In this document: positions 37,835 through 51,205 of the stretch, piece by piece
Layout: every line of letters begins with the position of its first letter
Position numbering within the stretch: position 1 is the first letter of the stretch
Assembly (NCBI GenBank): GCA_013239625.1
Contig: MU053934.1
Span: forward strand, 2,560,399-2,624,398
Origin: Lama guanicoe
Lineage: Eukaryota
Reading direction: 5' to 3'
DNA: 64,000 nt
Position numbers and translations under genes: made by a program
Notes under the pieces: generated by a model
The model's input: the letters and a program-made list of their open reading frames with translations, nothing else
The model's database searches: none
Told to the model about the DNA's origin: nothing

Positions 37835-38400
37835 TTCTATTTCTCAAACTTGAACAGCGCAAGGGTGTACTAAGTGAATAGAATTCTTATGGCTCCGCGA
37901 GATGACAGGTTTTTAAAAATTCTGACGTTTCAAATGTAAAAACATATTCCTTATGCTCACAGCATAAGAGTTTGTGGCCCTTATACAACAGTAAAAACAC
38001 GAACAAAATTACCAAGGAAATACAGAGGTGAGATACTAATCGAACTCAGATGAACAACACTGATTTAATGCAATGAATGATGCTGTTTTGCTGGAGCCTC
38101 TTTTGAGTTCGTTATGCTTTGGCCAATATGTGCCAAGTGATTTCTCTGCTCATCTACCACCGTTTCCCCTTGAATGTGCTCAAGACCCTCATACGTAAAG
38201 ACCACCACCATATCATTCGAACTCAGTTCACAAGAGTCTGTCCTCCACGTTGGCTTCTGTTCTTTTCTCATCGGTCTGTGACCATCAGGGCAACAAATGT
38301 CCTGCTCAGTGAGATGACTTTTGTGATGTAAACTCAAATTTATCAGATAATTAAAGAAGTCTGACCTTCCATTGCCACAGACCGCAAGAGGGAAGTTCAG
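37835..38400 (-). mobile_element. Possible hAT transposon remnant (transposase C-terminus)
   Basis: With frameshifts, the minus strand reads about SHLTEQ/FVALMVT/EKRTEANVED, reminiscent of the hAT dimerisation motif TYLCEQAFSAL..K.K.RNRLNVEDD. The left edge tttctcaaact resembles a Charlie terminus. Confidence 0.3.
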
Positions 38401-39942
38401 TCTTTGCAACGTAAACGATTTCAAGCTGAGGGCCGATTGCTGTCACTTGAAAGTTGGACATCCCTGCCCGTGGAGTGGCAGCTGGACATGTTTATCAACC
38501 TGTTAAAAGTTAAAAGCTGTCACTTGGGGTCGTTGCTTTGTGTGAACACAAAGGCAACTTTCAGCACTGAAATGGTGTTCAAAGGGGCCTCTACAGATCT
38601 GGATAAGCCAGTTATGCATAAGTGGATTTTGAAAGATTATCATCAACTAGAAAATACATACGCGTGTGTGCATACACACACACAGTGCCTGGACCGTGCG
38701 TCTAGGAAAGACTTCACTCTGGGAAATCCTCCCCCGTCCTCTGTGACTGCGCTCAGATTAGACTAGCAAAGACAAGGAATGCAACTCTCACCTTTCAGCA
38801 CAAATCTTCCAAATCTGTTTGCAGAGGGCAAGTGGCTCAGAAAAGCAATCCCTTACTGGCATGGGAACTTAAAGCAGGTGGTCCTCTGGGAGGCAACTGA
38901 ATGATTCTTAGCCAAGCAATAGCAAAACCCTCACTGCAGAGGGAGGCTTACAGTGTGGAAAGAAATGTGTTCACATAAATGCACTTGGAGAAAAAGGATT
39001 CTAATGTTTTTTTCCCTTTTCCTTCAAATAAACAGTTGCCACCTGCAACATCTCTTCTGGTCCCTTCTGCCAGTTCATTTGTTCTATGATGCGGTGAAGC
39101 TTTTAAGAGCATAGACTTCTGAGTGAGGCTTCCCAGATCTGAATGCCAGCAAACTCTCTTGCTGGCTGTGTGACCTTGGGCAAATTACTTAATCTCTCTG
39201 TGCTTCTTTTTGCTCATCTGTAAAATGATGCTGGGAGTAATGTGTGGCCACCTACTGGGTTTGTTCCAGAGCTCACATGAAGCATGCATATGAAATACTC
39301 AGTGTGTGGTGTTGTATCACTGAGCCCATGAGCCAGTGCTAGGTCATTTTGCATTACGCACCACTTGCATCTGGCCAGAGGCCAGTAGGAACTCCAAAAA
39401 GAAGGAATACAGTATTTACTATTCAAGTCCTATCCCTCAGGAAGGCTGAGTTGGGTTGCACCTCCTCTGGGAAGCCTTCCCCACTTCTGAAAGCACAGAG
39501 CGAGAGCTGCCTTCATCAAGCCTGCTCCTGGCTGCTGGCTTTGCCACCCGGTCCATGCTTGTTTGTTCTGGTCACATATTTTATCTTTATGAATCTTACA
39601 TCTTATGAGATGGGAGCAATTTGAGGGCAAAGATGACTTTTATTTTTGGATTAAGCTTAATGACTAATAACACTGTGGCATAGGTATTGAAATCATTCTT
39701 GAAATTGACAAAGAAGTCAGAAGAGAATGAATTCCATTCCTGATGCCCATATGTGCTTTTTACTTAAAAAAAAAAGGTTAAGTAGAGTCTGTGTGTGTGT
39801 GCGTGCATGTGCTTACATCACACACACAGACACACACCCTGGAGCCTTCCTTTTCCATTCCACTCACCCACGGGTACGAGGACACATGCCTGTCTCTATC
39901 TTTCCCCGAAGAGCAGCTCCATTTGTCTCCTGGGACAGTGTC

Positions 39943-40012
39943 TTTTTTTTTTTTTCAATTGAAGTGCTGTCAATTACAATGTGTCAATTTCTGGTGTACA
40001 GCACAGTGTCCC
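39943..40012 (-). mobile_element. Extremely truncated lineage-specific L1 3' end
   Basis: T13 followed by caattgaagtgctgtcaattacaatgtgtcaatttctggtgtacagcacagtgtcc; imperfect flanking repeat gggacagtgtctt / gggacaatctt. Confidence 0.7.
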
Positions 40013-40518
40013 GGGACAATCTTATTCATTCCGGCATCACAGCGTAAAAAGGCACTGGCAAATAGTAGATGCTCAGTAAATATTTCCCCAGTGAAGCTGA
40101 CTTAAAAAGACAACTGGCGCTCCAGCCATTTAAGCAGAACTTGCAGGTTTGCAAGGCAAGCCACATGGTTTTCCATCCTGTTAAGTATGCATGTTGGTTC
40201 GTGTGTTCGCCAGCGATAACAGCAGTTAAACAGCAGGTGACATTTACTGAGGACTCGCTATCTGCTGCTCACCCTACTCCATGCTTTATATCTACAATCT
40301 CATTTAACCCTCCAAACACGATTACAAAGCAGGTGGTACTGTCATTGCCTGCCGAGAAATGGGGAAACTGAAACAAAGTGTTCGTTAAGTGACCTGCTCA
40401 AGGTTGCTTCTCTAGTCAGCGGAGGGGCAGACTCAGACCTGGCCAGTTGGTTTAGCCTACATTTCCTGAGTCCCCAGTATGCACTGGGCGCAGTCCAGGT
40501 GTGGCACAAATCACTCCG

Positions 40519-40699
40519 TCAGCAGTTCTCAATTGTCAGTGTGCCCCACAATGTCTTGGAGGGCTTGTTAAAACACAGGCTGCTGGACCCCAACCCCAGA
40601 GTTTCTAATTGAGTGAGTTTGGGGTGACACCAGAAAATCTGCCTTTGTAACAAGTTCCCAGGTGCTAATGGTCTGGGGAATGCACTCGGGGAGCCATTG
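40519..40699. mobile_element. MER5A hAT-Charlie MITE
   Basis: cagttctcaa...tggagggcttgttaaaacacag...ccccaaccccagagtttcta...taacaagttcccaggtg...gagccattg. Confidence 0.85.
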
Positions 40700-41291
40700 G
40701 TCTAAACCTTTCTTCCTTACTCTTAGACTAGGAAAAGCGAGGTCAGCAAGCCATCGGTTGTTGGGGCCGGGGCCAAAAAATGCCCAGTGAGAGCAGAAAT
40801 TCATCTCTGGAACTCAAATGGGAAAAATGAACAATGTTTAGACCCTTCCTATAGGCCAGCCCTACTCTGACACTAAATTACTTCAAAAGGCAAGACATCT
40901 TCCTTACACAGTCTTTAGAATTTGGAGAAGTAACAGGGACATAACTTTGGAGCAGGTTTTGACATGTTAAGAGTATATAGCATTCGGTGTTCATGTGCTG
41001 GGGCAGGACTGCCTCAGTAACTGTCACAGCTGTGGCCCTCCCTGGGGGTGTAATCCTGGGTATGTGATTTAATTGCCTTGTGTCCAGTTTCCTTATCTAA
41101 GAAACGAGGTGACAAGAGTACCTACCATATAATGTTCACAGTGAGGGTCAAGTGAGTTAGAACAGCGGGGTGTAGCCCAGAGTTTGTCAATGACTTTGTT
41201 AACGGTTAGTTGGTTCAAAAGGCTGGGAGGAGTGAGTTTCAAGCCCCAGAAAGGGAACTGGATTGAGGTTCTGTGGAATTGTTTAAAAACT

Positions 41292-41329
41292 GATGATAAT
41301 AATATTGATGATAATGGTGGTGGTGGTAG

Positions 41330-41363
<34 letters not shown>
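41292..41363. repeat. Compound (GAT/AAT/GGT)n microsatellite including (GAT)11
   Basis: Direct observation; pure GAT run at 41331-41363. Confidence 0.95.
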
Positions 41364-44300
41364 ATAAATTTCCCTTTGTATCGGTTATTGAGACATTTGT
41401 GGGCCAGTCATGTGCAAAATGCCCTACTGCAAACTTTCATTGCATTCTCTCAGTAATTCCAATGATCACTTCTGCTGTCGGGAGGGAGAGACTGAGGCTC
41501 TGTCTTGTTAACCCCGTTAACACCCTGTGTGACCTTGGGTGAATTACCTGACCTCTCTGGGCCTCCACAGTGGGACTGGCCTCCATGTCCTCTGAGGGCT
41601 GGGCTGCTCCCACCTGCTGACTCCTCACCCTGTATCATTTAGACACATCAGTTCTTAAAGCCTTGTGATCCCAGAGCCGGGAGCTCCTTTCTCTCAAGTT
41701 TCAGGTGTCAAAGGACCAGGCTCCCTGGAATTCATGATTTGGAATTCTAGACACCTCACAAATAATTTCCAAACCATGCACCACTTTTGAGCTCTGGTCG
41801 TCTGTGTGGAAGGCAACGGGATGGCCTGAGGTGAAGCTGTGAACCAGGCAGAGGTTTCTGGCGCCTCCTAAGCCCGCTCGGTGATGGGAGCAGTGGCTCA
41901 TCTTTATCCAGTGCTGACTGCCTGCCGGGTACCATGTGATATCCCTCTGAGCTCCCTGAGCCTGGGTAGAAAGCCTGTGAGGTAGGGACATGCAAAGTTC
42001 CATTTTACAGATGAGAAGACAGGCCCAGAGAGGTCAGGCTGCTCACCCAAAGCCACCCAGTTTGAGGGTCAGAGTCAGGATCTGAACCCAGGCTTGTCTG
42101 CATCCTAAGCTCATGACAGTGACCACCACCCTAAGCTGTCCCTCCGTGTTTATTTCTTCCTCTTTTCCCTAACTCCTGATTGTCCCTTCCTTCTGCTGGC
42201 CCCTCTCCAAACCCATTCCTAGTGTCCCAGGAAAGGTCTGACAAGCACCTTCAAGGTACTAAGAAGCAGTGAAGACATCCAACCCCCAGACTCTGATTTG
42301 GTAGCTCTGGGGTGATGTGCTCTCTTGATTATGAACCACAGGGCCAGATGATCCTGGGGGTCCCTTCTGGATTTAGCATCCTTTGAGGCTAGGGTCCTAA
42401 AATGTGTTAAAAGGGCATCTCTTTAGCTCACGTAGGCTTTGCACAATCCGAGATGTGGGACTGGAGCACATTTCAAAACTTAAACCCAAATCTATTCTTT
42501 ATACAGAGGAAAGAGCACTGGATATAGAGTCCGGAAACTCACTCTGGCTCTCCCAATCACTTGCTGTGTGACTTTGGGCAAGTCCCTTCCCCTTTCTGTG
42601 CCTCATTTTAAATGCGGATTGCATGAGATAATCCTTATGGTTCTACAATTTGGAGATCACATTCTGCCTTCTACTTGCTTGTGTACCTGCCCATCCCCTT
42701 GTTGGAGGGCAGGGTCATTCAGGCAGGGCATCGGCACCCTCATTTGCTTTAGTCAGTGTTCCCAGGGTCCAGATAGCACTTCTCACAAACTCTGTGTTGA
42801 GTCAGTTACTGTGGAATGAATGAATGGTGCTTCAATGTATCTAGTAGGCTGCTCTATTCTGCAAATGGTATTGTAGTACATCCAGATAATCACCCACGAT
42901 CGCAGCTAATCTGGATTCTGAGAAAAGAAACTGTATTATGTTTTGTCTGATTTGAAAAAAATAGCTCAGCTTTGGAGAAATTGTGTTTATCTTTAACTCC
43001 AGTTAAAAAAAATAATTTCTAGTAAAACCTTCTGAAAGTAATTTGACAAACTGTTTTTTTTTCCTACCTCTAGTCATTTTCTTGGAAAAAAGCAAAAAAT
43101 GAAAACAAGTGTTAGTAACAGGCTGCTAGAGAATTTAAAGGCACAGACAGGAAAAATTGAGCAGAGTGAGCTGGCTGTCTTACAACCAACTTAAAACCAG
43201 TTATACATTTTCATGGACATCTTTAAAATTAGTGTCACTTGCAGACCAACTAAGAGTTGAAAATTCTAATGCTATTTCTCAATCTGACTTGTTTTAGCCT
43301 CTGAACAGTCACTTGAACGCTAGGCACCAGCCCACTTTTCTGGCAAGGGATGACAGCACTGACCTACTTCACTCTTGTCCAATGTTTCTTTCTTTTTACC
43401 CCCATCACATTTTTTGGTTTTTTAAGAGACTCGTCTGATCTATTTCACTCTTTCTCATTTTTTCCTCTTCCTCCTTGCTTTTTTCTCCTCCTTTACCCCC
43501 TCCTCCTCTTTCTTAATTTTTGATCAGATAAAATGTGGGCTTAGAAAATAGAAATGGTCAGGGTTTCCTTGGTCTGTTCCCTTCTTTATCAATGAAGACA
43601 ATATTTATGGAAGATCTTTGTAGATTTCACTGAGGCAAGCTGAAACTCAACCAACAGGAGAGAGCTTTCTTGAAAGTCAAGTAATATTTTGGTTCTCATC
43701 TACTCAATGTTTTGCTTTTAAAACCAGGCTCCTGGTCCTTTGTGAGAGTTCTGGTCCAACGTTAAAAGGTATCCTTTTGTCCAAGGAGAAGAGTCTTGAC
43801 TGATTAAGAGTTGGCAGCTGTGGCTAAGGAGATCTCGGGCTTAGCCGTGGCCAGAGGAAGGATGGACAAGTTTAGAGTAAAATTAACCCCCCCAGGATGG
43901 TCAGTGAACATATGATGAAGAAAATCGTTTGGCGCAAGGTTTTGTCAGAGATGGTATCATTTAATCCTGGCATAATCCTGCAAACTAGGTATCCTTATCC
44001 TCATTTTACAGATGAGAAAACTGAGGTTCCGAGAAGTCAAGTGCCTGGGTCAGGGCCATGCAGACAGGAAGCGGCACAGCCCTTGTGACATCAGAAGCTT
44101 GTTTCCATCAAAGTTTGCCTCCTTTATGCTGAGCAATGCTGGCTCCTGGCATTAGGCTCAAGATGAGTGGGTTGGAGCCAGACAGGGCAAGAGGGAGGAG
44201 TCAAGTCAAAGCCCCCTTCGCCTACTCCTGTCTGTCCAGGATCCCGGAGAGGCAGAGAAGAGGGCGGCGGGATGAGTGGGGGTGGAGACCGTGGTCCTGG

Positions 44301-44912
44301 AAAATCAGAGGTGGGAATGGGACTCCTGGCTTTGTGAGTGTGGAGAGAGAGAGAGAGAGAGAGAATGAGGCTGAGAGAATCAGGGTAAATATATAATTAG
44401 GTGTTGTTTGCTTCCAAAATGAAAATAACATTATGGTTTATTTCTGATTTTAAAAGCAAGGCATACTCATGGTAACAGATTTAGTCTGTACAGAAAGAAC
44501 TAAAAAAGGAAGTGAAAACAGCCTGTTATCCCACAATCTAAAGAGAACCGTGACCCACAACTGGGCTTTGAATTCTGCATTCCCAGGTTTAGCTACCTTA
44601 AACTCACCTCAGTCTTGCCTGTTGGCGAGTTGCCATGAAGACCTCCAGAAAACAGCATGAAGAACTCTAATTTTTCAATTTTGGACTCACTTATCACTTT
44701 GGGGTAGCTAGGTTGTTGGCACCTGATAACTTCTTTGGGTTTATTTTATCTGCAATGAACCATAAAGCTAGCGAAATAAAATTCGCCCATTAAAAGTCGT
44801 ATTTTCAAAGATTAAGGATATGGGAAAAGTTTTGATCTCATGTTAAGAAAAAAGAGAACATAAAAGTATGTATCCAAAGTGATCTGAGTCTTGATTAGGA
44901 TCTATAGCTACA

Positions 44913-45166
44913 ATAGAGAACAAACTAGTGGTTACCAGAGGGGAGAGGGGAAGTGGGGGCAAGATAGGGGCAGGGGTTTAAGGGGCATAAACAACTATGT
45001 ATAAAATAGGCAAGCTACACGATGTATTGTACAACGCAGAGGATATGGCCAATATGTTGGCTAAATAGACTAAAAATGGAATATAACCTTCAAACATTGT
45101 GAATCACTATGTTGTATGCCTGAAACCTACATAATATTGTACATCAACTATACCTCAATAAAAAAA
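44913..45166 (+). mobile_element. 5'-truncated L1 3' end (cetartiodactyl/laurasiatherian type)
   Basis: agagaacaaactagtggttaccagaggg...gaatcactatgttgtatgcctgaaac...caactatacctcaataaaaaaa; approximate TSD tatagctacaat (44903-44914) / tatatctacatt (45169-45180). Confidence 0.85.
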
Positions 45167-46588
45167 TATATATCTACATTCAAAGAAAAAAAGATAAAGA
45201 ACTTTTAGTATTTCTTCTAAAATATTACCAATGCTTACTTCTGGGTGAATTATTTTAAGTGTCTTTATATTTTTCTGTATTTATTGAATTTTTTATAATG
45301 AGTATGTTTTCCTTGTACAGTCAAAGAATAATACATGCTTTTTTTTAAAAAAGAATAGATGATTGGGACCGAGATATTTTTGCAATAGACAGTGACTAGT
45401 ATGTGCAGAGACAAAATGAAGCTGAGCAATTTCCCATTGACCTTAATCAACATTCTAGTCTGGATGGATGTTGGAGGAGGCGGGTGGGAGTAAATGGCAG
45501 AGGAAATGTCTGTTTGGGTTTCTGAAATGTTCATTTCCTTCAAGTGCCTCAACTCTGCACCACCTCTTATGAGTGGACATACCAGCTAAAATGAGCAAGA
45601 AAATTTTCTCTCTGGAGGAGCTCCAGAAATCTTCATTTATAGTTAGGGCTCTTCTTTTCCATTGGAAACTGATGTTTTTGCCCATGGGTACATGACAGAA
45701 ATCAAACAGAAGGAACAGGGAGGAGAAAATAGCCTGTCATTTTGACTCTGTGGTTGTGTATCATATAGTAAATTTCCTCAGTTTGGTATATGTTTCTCAT
45801 ATGAAACTGTCAAGAATTCCCTTGAATGCTCCCTCTGTTTGGGCCCACTGGCAGGGATGTCTGGAGCCCAGCAGTCCCTCCTGGGTGGAGCTAATAAGCC
45901 GCTCCAGGCTCCCACTGCTCTGTCCTTTCCTAATGAGTGGTAAAGACAACAGTAAAAACCAAGACTCCTTAAATCTCAGAGGAGAAGGGAGAGGTGAAAG
46001 GAGGTCTGGTTTATGGTACATCTTCAGTAAAAAAGATTTACAGGTAAGTCATTTTCTCTTCTTTCTAGGTGTTAGATTGAGAGGATCCAGTAAAGTAAAC
46101 CCCAGAGAGAGCCTGGTCGAAATAAAAAATTCTGACAGCTGTCAAAACAAATAGCAACCAATTGGAATTACAACGTCAACGGAGGCTCCAGTTCCCAAAT
46201 AATTCAAAGAAGTGTTAGCCTGTTACAGCAAGAGTGAAGACTTAAAGGGACATTGAGAGGGAATTGAGGATGCCCCCAAAATTTCAAACTTGGAGGCTGA
46301 TTGAGAGAAATGGGCAATACAGGTCTAATTTTATCTTTTAAGGAATAATAGAAACCCTAACTATCAGTGAGGAATACATTCTTTCATTCACTTACTAGGC
46401 AGTCACCGAGTGCCTTGTCTGTGACGGCTATGAGCTGGGTGATGGAGATGCAGAGTGGAAGGACATAGACCTATCCCCAAGGAGCCCAGAGCATTGGGGG
46501 AGGAGCCATAGCTATAATGCAGAGTGTTATATACAGTGAAAGAGGTAAATGCTGGTTGTTATTGTGAGAGATAGAAGAGAGGCAACAC

Positions 46589-46619
<31 letters not shown>

Positions 46620-46741
46620 ATGCATATGCCTGCATGCACATGTAAGCTAATGATTTGCAGAACAGAGTTTGAAGGATGCAAAGGAGTTAGGCAGGTAAAG
46701 GGGGTCAGGTGATAAGCACAAAAGCCAGTAGAATAGCTATT

Positions 46742-47480
46742 TTCATTCTCTCATTCAACACATATATGGAGCTCTCACTGTGTTCTGGGCACTGTCCCAA
46801 GAAGTAGAAGAACAAGACAGATGATGTCCCTGCCTTCAGAGAGCTTATATTCTAGGGGAACATGCAATGAAGAAGTAAGCAAGCAAATCAACAAAGAGGC
46901 TTTCAAATACTGATGTGCTGTGAAGAAAGTATAATGCGATCTGAGAGTGTGGTGGGGATGAAGGTGGCCAGGAGGCCATCTCAGAGAGATGACCTTCCAT
47001 GTTACACCCTGAGTCGGCAACATGAAGACCTGGGGAGGAACATTCCAGGTGGAGAAAACAGCAAGTGTAAGGGCTTTGGGTGGGACTAAGCTTGGTGTCA
47101 TCAAGGACCAGAAGAAAGGGCAGTAAGTGAGAGGAACAGTGGAAGGAGCTCACATGGTTAAAGAGGTAAGCAGGAGTCAGATCACAGAATACCTGCGGGT
47201 CCTGGTGAGGACTTTAAGAATTGTTTGGAAGGGGCAGGAGTGGGTAGGTAGACCAGTTGCTCAGCTACTGTGATAAGCTCCATGGGAAGTCACAGTGGCC
47301 TGGGTCAAGGTGTTAGTTGTGGACAAGGACAGAAGATGACAGTCTGGAACTATACTCTGGAGGTAGAATCAACATTATCCATGGAAGGATTAGATTTAAT
47401 GGAAGAAAGAAGGAGAGGAATCAAAGATAACTCCTAGGATTTTTGCCTGAGTGGCAAGTAGATGGTGGCCATTTATTGGG
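46742..47480 (-). mobile_element. L2 LINE fragment
   Basis: Begins with the reversed L2 tail tcattcaacacatatatggag...tgttctgggcactg...tccctgccttcagagagcttatattctagggga; purine-rich body. Confidence 0.8.
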
Positions 47481-49229
47481 GGTGGGGTGGGAAGGATAAC
47501 AAGCATTTGAGGATCTACATATGGTTCAATATGGCATAAACCCCATTTTATAGAGATAGCTGGAGGGGCAGGCAGTGGTCATGAAGGACCTTCCTGGCCC
47601 TGTGAGGGAGCCAGATGCAACACTGAAGACCCAGGTGTCAATGAAAGCCTTTACAAAGTAGAGCAACACTGTCAGATTTCATCTTCTGAGAGATGAGCTT
47701 TCAGGGTAGAGTTTATTTGCAGGATGGGGCAGAAGCAAAGACTAGTTAAGATGCTGCTGTAACAGCCCAGGCAGAGCTGATAACCTGAAGTAAGGTGGAA
47801 TGAATAGAAGTGGGCAGGTGCTTGGGCTGTTTAATGGGTGAAGACATAAGACACAGTGAATCATTATGTGTGTGAGAAGAGGGAGAGAGTGAACTCTTAT
47901 TTTTGAAGTTTCTGAGTTCAGTGATGATGTTTCTGTTCACTGCAATGCAATGTAGAGTCTGGGGAAGGTTGAGGAGGAGATGAGCTTAGTCATGGACCCG
48001 AGTGTAATGGATGTGGTGTGTTGCTCCCCTGGTATCTGTTTGGCCCTTCCTCCTTCCTCACTGAATACTGATTTTGTTCCCACCTGCCTGCCTTCCTCGT
48101 CTTCCATGCAGTCGTGTCCTTCAGGGGAAGCCAACCACACCCCCAGCTCTGGGGATGTTTCTTGTGTCTAGGCAGGTAACACACTGAGGCCAATGATTAG
48201 CAGGAGAATGGTCATGTGACCAACTTGGGTCATTAAGATAGGAGGAGAGGTTTTCTGGATGCTTTTGGGAAAACAACTTCCTTGCTTTTACCTGTGAGCA
48301 TCTAGAAGTGACCCTCTGTGGTCCTCTGGATGTCCTTTGAGGATGTGTAGCCCTAAGTCACTGTAGCTGTCTTGAAGATATTGAGAGAAACAGGCAAACC
48401 GGCTGGAGCCACCCAGTTACACGAGCCACCCATTTCCTTATTGTGAAGCCAGTTTGAGTTGTATTTTCCCTTATTGCAGTTCAAAGCATCTAAACTGATA
48501 CAAGGGCCAGTAGGACATCCAGGTGTAGATTTCCAGTGGACACATGGGCTTTCTGTCTAGGTCTGGAGCTCAGACCCCTGTCTATCTCAGGAGAATGAGA
48601 TGGATAAAGAACTCCAATGCTTATGCTATTCTAAGAGGTGGTACTATAGGTCTGTTTTTCTATCCAAATAAAACTATTTTTTTTAAGCAAGGAAGGAAGT
48701 GGAGTAATGATAGGAAGAACTTACTTGAAGAACACTCTCCATGGTGTGGTAGTGTCCCAGAGTGGATTATGGAACCTTTTTAATTAAAAATCTAAAAGAG
48801 AGATGCTAATCATTAGAATGATTCAGACATTGTTTAAAGAGAGGCTGAATGACCTATTTTCTGAGATTTTTTAAAAAGTGGAAATTCATTTCGTGTTGGT
48901 TGCCCCAGACGACCTCTAAGAGACGTGGCTAGCCTAGAGGACAGAAGACAGGAGCTTTGGGGTCTGGCACACATAAAGGCTGAGCTCAGCTTTCACATTT
49001 AGGACCTGCATTGTCTCTCTGAGCCTCATTTGTAAAATGGAGAAAAAAAGGTGGTCCTGTGAATGAAACTGGGAAACTCATAAAAATTCTCTTCTGTGCC
49101 CAGAAAATGGTAAGGGTGAGAGAGGGAGGGAGGGAAAAGTGGGAGACAGAGACAGAGACAGAGACGGAGATGGAGATGGAGATATGTATATATGAGAGAG
49201 AGAGAGAGAGACCTTCATTTTTTTTTTTT

Positions 49230-49975
49230 TACCATTCTCTCTCGATCTTTCCCCCATCAGGCTTTCATCTTCAGCATCCTCTGCTTGTCAGATCTGATGG
49301 TTAGTTCTCTGTCTTACCTTACTTGACCAATCAGTGGCATTTGATCTAATTGACCACTTTCTCCTTGAACTCCTTCACTTGCCTTCAGGTACCCTCTTGC
49401 TTGGCTGTCTTCCTACCTCACTGGCTACTCCGTCTCAGTCTCTTTGTTGGTTCCTCGTATCTTCCCTTATTCCAGTTCAAGGTGAAAGCCCAGCATCTTA
49501 TCATGGGCTATAAGGCTTTAGCCAATTTCCCTTCTTCCCCAATCTTCTCTGCCACCTCTCCTACCACTCTCCCAGGTCACTGGATCCCCTTACTCTTCTT
49601 GGAAAATGCCAAGCACACTCTCCCTTCAAGGCTCTTATTATCCACTCTCCCTAGAGTCTCACTGCTTCTGTTCTTTCAGCTCTTTGTTCAATGTCACTGT
49701 TTCAGAGAAACTGTCCCTAGCCACCCTGTATAATCCAACAACCCCCCACCTCATCAGTCTCCATCCTCTCTCCTTAATCTATCTTCATAGCACTCAGCAC
49801 CACTCAGTGCATTATGTACTTATTTGTACATTTCCCTCATTAGAATATCAGCTCCACGAGGACAGGGATCTTGTTTTATGTACAAGATCCCTGTACTATC
49901 CCTGTATCTCCAGCTTCTATAACTGTGTTTGACACAAAGTGGGTTCTCAATATGTATTTGTTGAACGAATGCATT
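49230..49975 (+). mobile_element. L2 LINE fragment
   Basis: tcttaccttacttgacc...gcatttga...ttagaatatcagctccacgaggacaggga...ctcaatatgtatttgttgaacgaatg. Confidence 0.8.
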
Positions 49976-50779
49976 CATTGAGGGTTACTGCTGTTGTTAC
50001 TGCTTGTGTCATTATTTTTCCCAACTTTAAGATTCTACTGTTCATGCTTATAAAGCAAGAAGGAGAGCCAGTGACTTTTGATTTCCCCAGCCCACGATCC
50101 ATAGTGTAGCGGATGCTCTGTAAATTGCTTACATGGGAAGAGATCCAAACAGAATTACTGATGCTCAAGAGCCTCAGATCACCACACTCCTGGATGTCCT
50201 AGACTTCCTAAAAAGCCATCCTGAGCAATATGGTTAGACAGCCATTTAGACATGTCTGTTTGGGAGGCATTTTGACCTATGGTGAATGTCAAATGAAACA
50301 AAAACATTCTGACATTTTAAGAGCCTTAATTTGCTCACGATAAAAGCCATAACATCTGAATATGTCAAGTTTATAAGGCAGAGACTTCAGAATAGGAATA
50401 TGTGCCTACCTAATGTGAGGGCATGTCAGTGAGTTGACTGACTTTTTGAAGGAGAACACTGGTAACATATTTGGAAGAAACGGAGGATGCATTTGTGAAA
50501 TACACCTGAAACTTGGGTTTAGGGTGAATCTGTCACTCTTGCTGCAGTTTGAAGGTGGGTTGTATGTGAAATTGAACAGTTGCCAAGGTGATCCAAATAG
50601 ATGCATCTCAGAGGTCCCAGAAGGACAGCACCCCCAGTGATTGCTGCCAATCAACAGAGCATGGTGGAGAAAGCAAGGACTTTGGAGTTATACTGCCTGG
50701 AGTTTGAAACCTAGCTCTCCTGTGCATAGACTGAGTATCTTCAGGTACTTAACATCTCAGAGCTTTGGTTTCTACGATC

Positions 50780-51205
50780 ACATGGCAGAGATTGCTATGA
50801 TCACCCAAACCTGTTTTCCCTGTAGTCTAACACTCACCCTGACTGCATTTCTCAGCCTTCCTCACAGTCAAGTATGATCCCACGACTGAGTTCTGGCCAG
50901 TAGAATGTGACGAATGTGAGGTGTGTTACTTCCAGGCTTAGCCCATAGGAGCCTCTCCTGGGCCATCCGCCATGCTCTTTTCTCTTCTGGTTTGAGGCAG
51001 AGGAGCCTGTTGGCTTCAGAAGCTGTGTGCTGAAGACGGTGGAGCTACAGATTGAAAGGCATCTGTCCCTGAATCATTGCTTGGAGGAGGGCTGCCTGTT
51101 TTTGACTTTCAGAGTGAAAAACAAATGCAAGTGAGAAATAGACTTCTATGTATTAAGCCACTGGGATTTGGGTGTTTAGTTGTTATATCAGACACCATTA
51201 TCCTA
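50780..51205 (+). mobile_element. MLT1 (ERVL-MaLR) LTR
   Basis: tgtggcag-like start; catttctcagccttcctcacagt...gactgagttctggccagtagaatgtga...gagaaatagacttctatgtattaagccactgggatttgggtgttt. Confidence 0.8.
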
